Below, in pieces: positions 60,115-64,000 of a stretch of DNA of 64,000 nt (positions are counted from its first letter, which is position 1; each line of letters begins with the position of its first letter). The position numbers and the translations under genes were made by a program. Origin of the DNA: Anaerolineae bacterium (GTDB lineage: Bacteria; Chloroflexota; Anaerolineae; S140-20); contig JALUTT010000108.1 of the NCBI GenBank assembly GCA_027021705.1, positions 8,424 to 72,423 on the forward strand, in the 5' to 3' direction. The notes beneath the pieces were generated by a model that was given only the letters and a program-made list of their open reading frames with translations, had not been told where the DNA came from and searched no databases.

Positions 60115-60224
60115 AGAGATAGGCCAATCGGGGAGCGCCCCATTGGCCTCCTGTAGCTATCGGCAAGTCCAACAGGCCGACCTCGCGGTCAACAAGGTTA
60201 CTGCACACCAGGGAGCGATGAGCA

Positions 60225-63200
60225 GTGAAGTACAGCAAGCGTTTTTGGGCACTCCTTCGACTGCTAGCAGGGGTCTCCCTGCTCCTGTCAGGCCAGACCG
60301 GGGGACGAGTCGAGGCCAGTCCCTCGCCCCCCCAGCGCGGCATTCCCTCTTTGGCGGTCACTGTAGAGTCACAGACATCAACTGCCCCCCCCCGGGGTGC
60401 CTCACCCCTCCCATCGGCCGGTCTCTCGGCCCAATCTTCTCTGGAAACTCGGTTTCCCGACCTGGATGGTGACGGCATTCCCAACACCCTGGAGACAGCA
60501 GGGTGGAGCAACGCCCGGGGCACCTTCGCGACAGACCCTTACGATTCGGACAGCGATGATGATGGCCTGTCCGATGGCCTGGAACTATTGTACGATACCA
60601 ACCCCCTCGATGACACCAGTCCAGGGATCAGTGTCGAATACACCAGCGCCTTGCGAACCAAGAAGTACTTCCCCTGGCAGCGGTACGGCACCCGCTACAT
60701 TGCCCACGGGGAGGCTCCAGATCCCGAAGATCGAGCGGTCGTAGTGCGGCGTGGCAGCAGCTTCCTGGTCCGCGGCCCTCGCGATGCCACCTTGGTCATC
60801 ACCAAGAGCATCCCCGCACTGACCACTTTGACCCCCACTCCAGCCCCCTGCCAACAAGGCTGGTGGGTTACCATCCCCCCTGATGCGACGGTCGGAGCAT
60901 ATACCCTGACCGTCCAGCGGGGGAACTGGCACAAGAGCCTGGACCTCTTCGTTATCTTTGAGCTCCCCTCCGACCTTCCTCCCGAAGCTGTGGCCGTCTT
61001 CGTCTCCAACGATGATGAACAAGACAATCGTGACGAGCACAGCGTGTGGTATAACACGAGCGAGTGGGTTGTTCAGGACATCAACGACGAGGATGGGGAC
61101 GGCAATACCACCGAAGAGCTCTACCACTGGGCCAACGGCTATAGTATCGCTTTCCCCACTGATCAGTATGAAGCCTACATCCTACGTACCCACGTCATCT
61201 CCAATATCAACGGCCTGACTACCCAGAGATCGGCTTTCAACCACCTGCTGAACTACGTAGATTCAATTACCCTCTTCGATGCCTCCGTCGAGCATTACAC
61301 GATGAAGGAGGCTCTCAACTCTTACCAGCGCCGCAATCAGTGTTCGAACATCGCTAACATTTTGACGGGGTTCAGCCGAGCTGCCGGCATCGCCACCCGA
61401 CCGGAGACCGTGGATTGGGATGGCTACTTAGTCGGAAGCGGCAAGTTCGATCACGCAACCCAGGTATGGCTCGATGGCGAATGGCTGACGGCCCGTGGCT
61501 ATAACCAGGACGAACCTTGTGATGATCAGGGCACCATCGCCTGTGGCGTGCAATACCCCCGCACTGCTGACTACTGGGGTCGCTACGTCCATCAGGAGAA
61601 GTGGGCGGACATCATCTACACAACCGGCTACAGCTGGACCTGGACCACGGTGGGCGACGTATACCGGGGAGAGTATGGCCGCGACTACGCTTGGCGCCGG
61701 CGTGATGTAGCTGGCAACGATACTCGAGATCTCATCAGCAGCGAACCCTGGCTGGAGACCTGGATGGTCCCCTACTGGGGGTGGCCGGTCGAACCCTCTC
61801 AGACGACGGCGCCCCCTGCTCCCTACGACCGCGAGCCTGCCCCCGGCGGAGGATGCTCTGGCTTCCCCTGCTACGACACCTACTCCCCGCCCCCGGAGGG
61901 GAACTACGCGTCCTTGTCCGCCACCTCTGCCCCAAGCACCTCTGAGGCCCAGCCTCAGACCATTGGGGGCATCGTCCGTGACTACGGCGTAGACCGGGAT
62001 AGAGATGGACGCTTCGACCAACTGGTCGTTGACGTCTCGGTTGACATCCCCCAGGCCGGCTTCTACACGGTAGGGGCCGTGCTCAACCATCCCGACTTTG
62101 CCGGGCGCAGTCAGAGCGGCGGATTTGCTTCCTTCAAATCCACTATGTGGCTCGAAGCAGGCCGCCAGACAGTCCGGCTCACCTTCGACGGCCCTGCCAT
62201 CGCCCGCGTGGGCATCGCCGGCACCTATACCCTTGAGTACATGTGGCTCTCGGCCACCTCCGATGCCTCCAACATCGTGGCGCTCAACGAGGCCCTGTTA
62301 GAACTAAAACCCTACGTAGGCCGTACCCACTTCTATCGTCCTGAGGCCTTTGAAGCCCCGACGCCCTCTCCCCTGCCCATTCCCCAGCAATCCCAGAGCT
62401 TGAACGGCGTTAGCCCGGCCTCGACCAGCGTCACAGCGACGGCTCCCATCACCTTCACCGGCATCTTTACCGACACCCCCAAGGACGAAGACGGGGATGG
62501 CTTGTATGAAGCGTTGAACATCACCGCCCAGGTGGAGGTAGGGCAGCCCGGCAGCTATCGCTTCTCCGCCTGGCTACAGGACGCCGCCGGGAACCTCTTC
62601 GCTTGGAACATCAGCGCTCCTATCTCCCTTCCGGTGGGCATCCAAACCATTTCCCTCCCCTTCGACGGCCAGGTCCTCTATCAACACGGGGCAGATGGAC
62701 CCTACACCCTGGTTATGCCCAAGCTCCTGGCCGGCGACACCTACATCGTCTTCGACCAAGAGCACGTAGGGCCTACCACGGCCGCCTATGCCCCCACGGA
62801 CTTCACCCCTCCGCCCGATGCCGTGACCCTATTCCAAGACAATTTAGAGGCTGGAACGGCCAATTGGCAGGCTGAAGCCCCTTGGGCGCTAACCGATCAG
62901 TCCTCCTTCAGCCCTCGTCACGCTTGGACGGATAGCCCAGACGGCGACTATGGGAACAATGTCAACCTCTCGCTGACCACCGTGCCCATCACCTTCCCCG
63001 CAGCCAGCACCATCACCTTGCGCTTCCAGACCTGCAACCGCTTCGCCACAGGTGATCACGGCTACGTCGAAATCTCCACGGACGGGGGCACAACGTGGCG
63101 GCAGGTGGCCGATCTAACAGACTATCCGGGTTGGTCCCCTATCACCTTGGACCTGACCGGCTCCGAGGCCCTGTCGTCCCTACAACTTCGATTCCGCCTG

Positions 63201-64000
63201 CAGACGGACGGGGCAACCACTGCCGACGGGTGGTACCTTGACAACATACTCCTCGTAGGGGACCTGGACGCCGACGATGACGGCATAGCGAATGCCGATG
63301 AAGACGCCAACGGCAATGGTGATCCGACCGATGACGACACGGACGGCGACGGGACACCCGACTACTTGGACACCGATGCCGACGGTGACGGCATCCCCGA
63401 CGCCACCGAGGGCACCGGCGACGCCGACAACGACGGCACCCCCAACTACCTAGACCCTGACGCCGACGGTGATGGCATTCCCGACGCCGACGAGGGCACC
63501 GGCGACGCCGACAACGACGGCACCCCCAACTACCTGGACACCGATGCCGACGGTGATGGCATTCCCGACGCCGACGAGGGCACCGGCGACGCCGACAACG
63601 ACGGCACCCCCAACTACCTGGACACCGACGCCGACGGCGACGGCATCGCCGACGCCACCGAGGGAACCGACGACGCCGACAACGACGGCACCCCCAACTA
63701 CCTGGACACCGACGCCGACGGCGACGGCATTCCCGACGCCGACGAGGGCACCGGCGACGCCGACAACGACGGCACCCCCAACTACCTAGACCCTGACGCC
63801 GACGGCGACGGCATCGCCGACGCCACCGAGGGAACCGGCGACGCCGACAACGACGGCACCCCCAACTACCTAGACCCTGACGCCGACGGCGACGGCATCG
63901 CCGACGCCACCGAGGGAACCGGCGACGCCGACAACGACGGCACCCCCAACTACCTAGACCCTGACGCCGACGGCGACGGCATCGCCGACGCCACCGAGGG
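60225..64000 (+). CDS. Large secreted transglutaminase-like multidomain protein with thrombospondin type-3-like repeats (3' end beyond window)
   Basis: Hand translation: GTG start after in-frame TGA at 60219, gggag RBS, signal peptide MKYSKRFWALLRLLAGVSLLLSG, open frame to 64000 (>=1258 aa); NQCSNIA...RAAGIATRP...FDHATQVW core. Confidence 0.88.
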   Translation, partial: MKYSKRFWALLRLLAGVSLLLSGQTGGRVEASPSPPQRGIPSLAVTVESQTSTAPPRGASPLPSAGLSAQSSLETRFPDLDGDGIPNTLETAGWSNARGTFATDPYDSDSDDDGLSDGLELLYDTNPLDDTSPGISVEYTSALRTKKYFPWQRYGTRYIAHGEAPDPEDRAVVVRRGSSFLVRGPRDATLVITKSIPALTTLTPTPAPCQQGWWVTIPPDATVGAYTLTVQRGNWHKSLDLFVIFELPSDLPPEAVAVFVSNDDEQDNRDEHSVWYNTSEWVVQDINDEDGDGNTTEELYHWANGYSIAFPTDQYEAYILRTHVISNINGLTTQRSAFNHLLNYVDSITLFDASVEHYTMKEALNSYQRRNQCSNIANILTGFSRAAGIATRPETVDWDGYLVGSGKFDHATQVWLDGEWLTARGYNQDEPCDDQGTIACGVQYPRTADYWGRYVHQEKWADIIYTTGYSWTWTTVGDVYRGEYGRDYAWRRRDVAGNDTRDLISSEPWLETWMVPYWGWPVEPSQTTAPPAPYDREPAPGGGCSGFPCYDTYSPPPEGNYASLSATSAPSTSEAQPQTIGGIVRDYGVDRDRDGRFDQLVVDVSVDIPQAGFYTVGAVLNHPDFAGRSQSGGFASFKSTMWLEAGRQTVRLTFDGPAIARVGIAGTYTLEYMWLSATSDASNIVALNEALLELKPYVGRTHFYRPEAFEAPTPSPLPIPQQSQSLNGVSPASTSVTATAPITFTGIFTDTPKDEDGDGLYEALNITAQVEVGQPGSYRFSAWLQDAAGNLFAWNISAPISLPVGIQTISLPFDGQVLYQHGADGPYTLVMPKLLAGDTYIVFDQEHVGPTTAAYAPTDFTPPPDAVTLFQDNLEAGTANWQAEAPWALTDQSSFSPRHAWTDSPDGDYGNNVNLSLTTVPITFPAASTITLRFQTCNRFATGDHGYVEISTDGGTTWRQVADLTDYPGWSPITLDLTGSEALSSLQLRFRLQTDGATTADGWYLDNILLVGDLDADDDGIANADEDANGNGDPTDDDTDGDGTPDYLDTDADGDGIPDATEGTGDADNDGTPNYLDPDADGDGIPDADEGTGDADNDGTPNYLDTDADGDGIPDADEGTGDADNDGTPNYLDTDADGDGIADATEGTDDADNDGTPNYLDTDADGDGIPDADEGTGDADNDGTPNYLDPDADGDGIADATEGTGDADNDGTPNYLDPDADGDGIADATEGTGDADNDGTPNYLDPDADGDGIADATE
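63336..64000 (+). repeat. 84-bp tandem repeat (28-aa DADNDGTPNYLD(P/T)DADGDGI(P/A)DA(D/T)EGTG), about 8 copies, running off the window
   Basis: gacgccgacaacgacggcacc at 63420, 63504, 63588, 63672, 63756, 63840, 63924. Confidence 0.95.

Noticed and set aside
60143..60744. Short listed ORFs 60143-60472 and 60397-60744
   Set aside because: Out-of-frame overlaps of the long ORF starting at 60225
63336..64000. Possible CRISPR or non-coding repeat
   Set aside because: 84-bp in-frame coding repeat without spacers

Overview
High-GC bacterial chromosome segment, most likely a Chloroflexota (Anaerolineae-like) organism, judging from the C-terminal YLPLV-type motif, the HypE N-terminus and the Pro/Thr-rich surface proteins. 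1-38.3 kb holds housekeeping and signalling genes: mutS, ecfT, hypE, fusA-like EF-G, lgt, an ECF sigma/anti-sigma thiol-stress module, a radical SAM/phosphatase/DUF3090/kinase-like operon, 6S RNA, plsY, rdgB, three histidine kinases, and a large S8 protease flanked by dispersed repeats. 38.5-60 kb is a lower-GC Wzx/Wzy-type exopolysaccharide locus with unusual extras: a BcsB-like protein, three FemABX/GNAT transferases, a deacetylase and a non-FGly sulfatase-fold enzyme. After it comes a >1250-aa secreted protein missing from the ORF track (60225 to window end) with animal-type transglutaminase motifs and Ca-binding tandem repeats. The strongest candidate for an undescribed system: four promoters (upstream of 1795, 38494, 39418 and 60225) share an 11-bp-phased YTAAC repeat array. 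This would link the EPS locus, the transglutaminase-like protein and a Pro/Thr surface protein/kinase operon into one putative envelope/matrix cross-linking regulon. All family calls come from motifs read by eye; no database searches were run.
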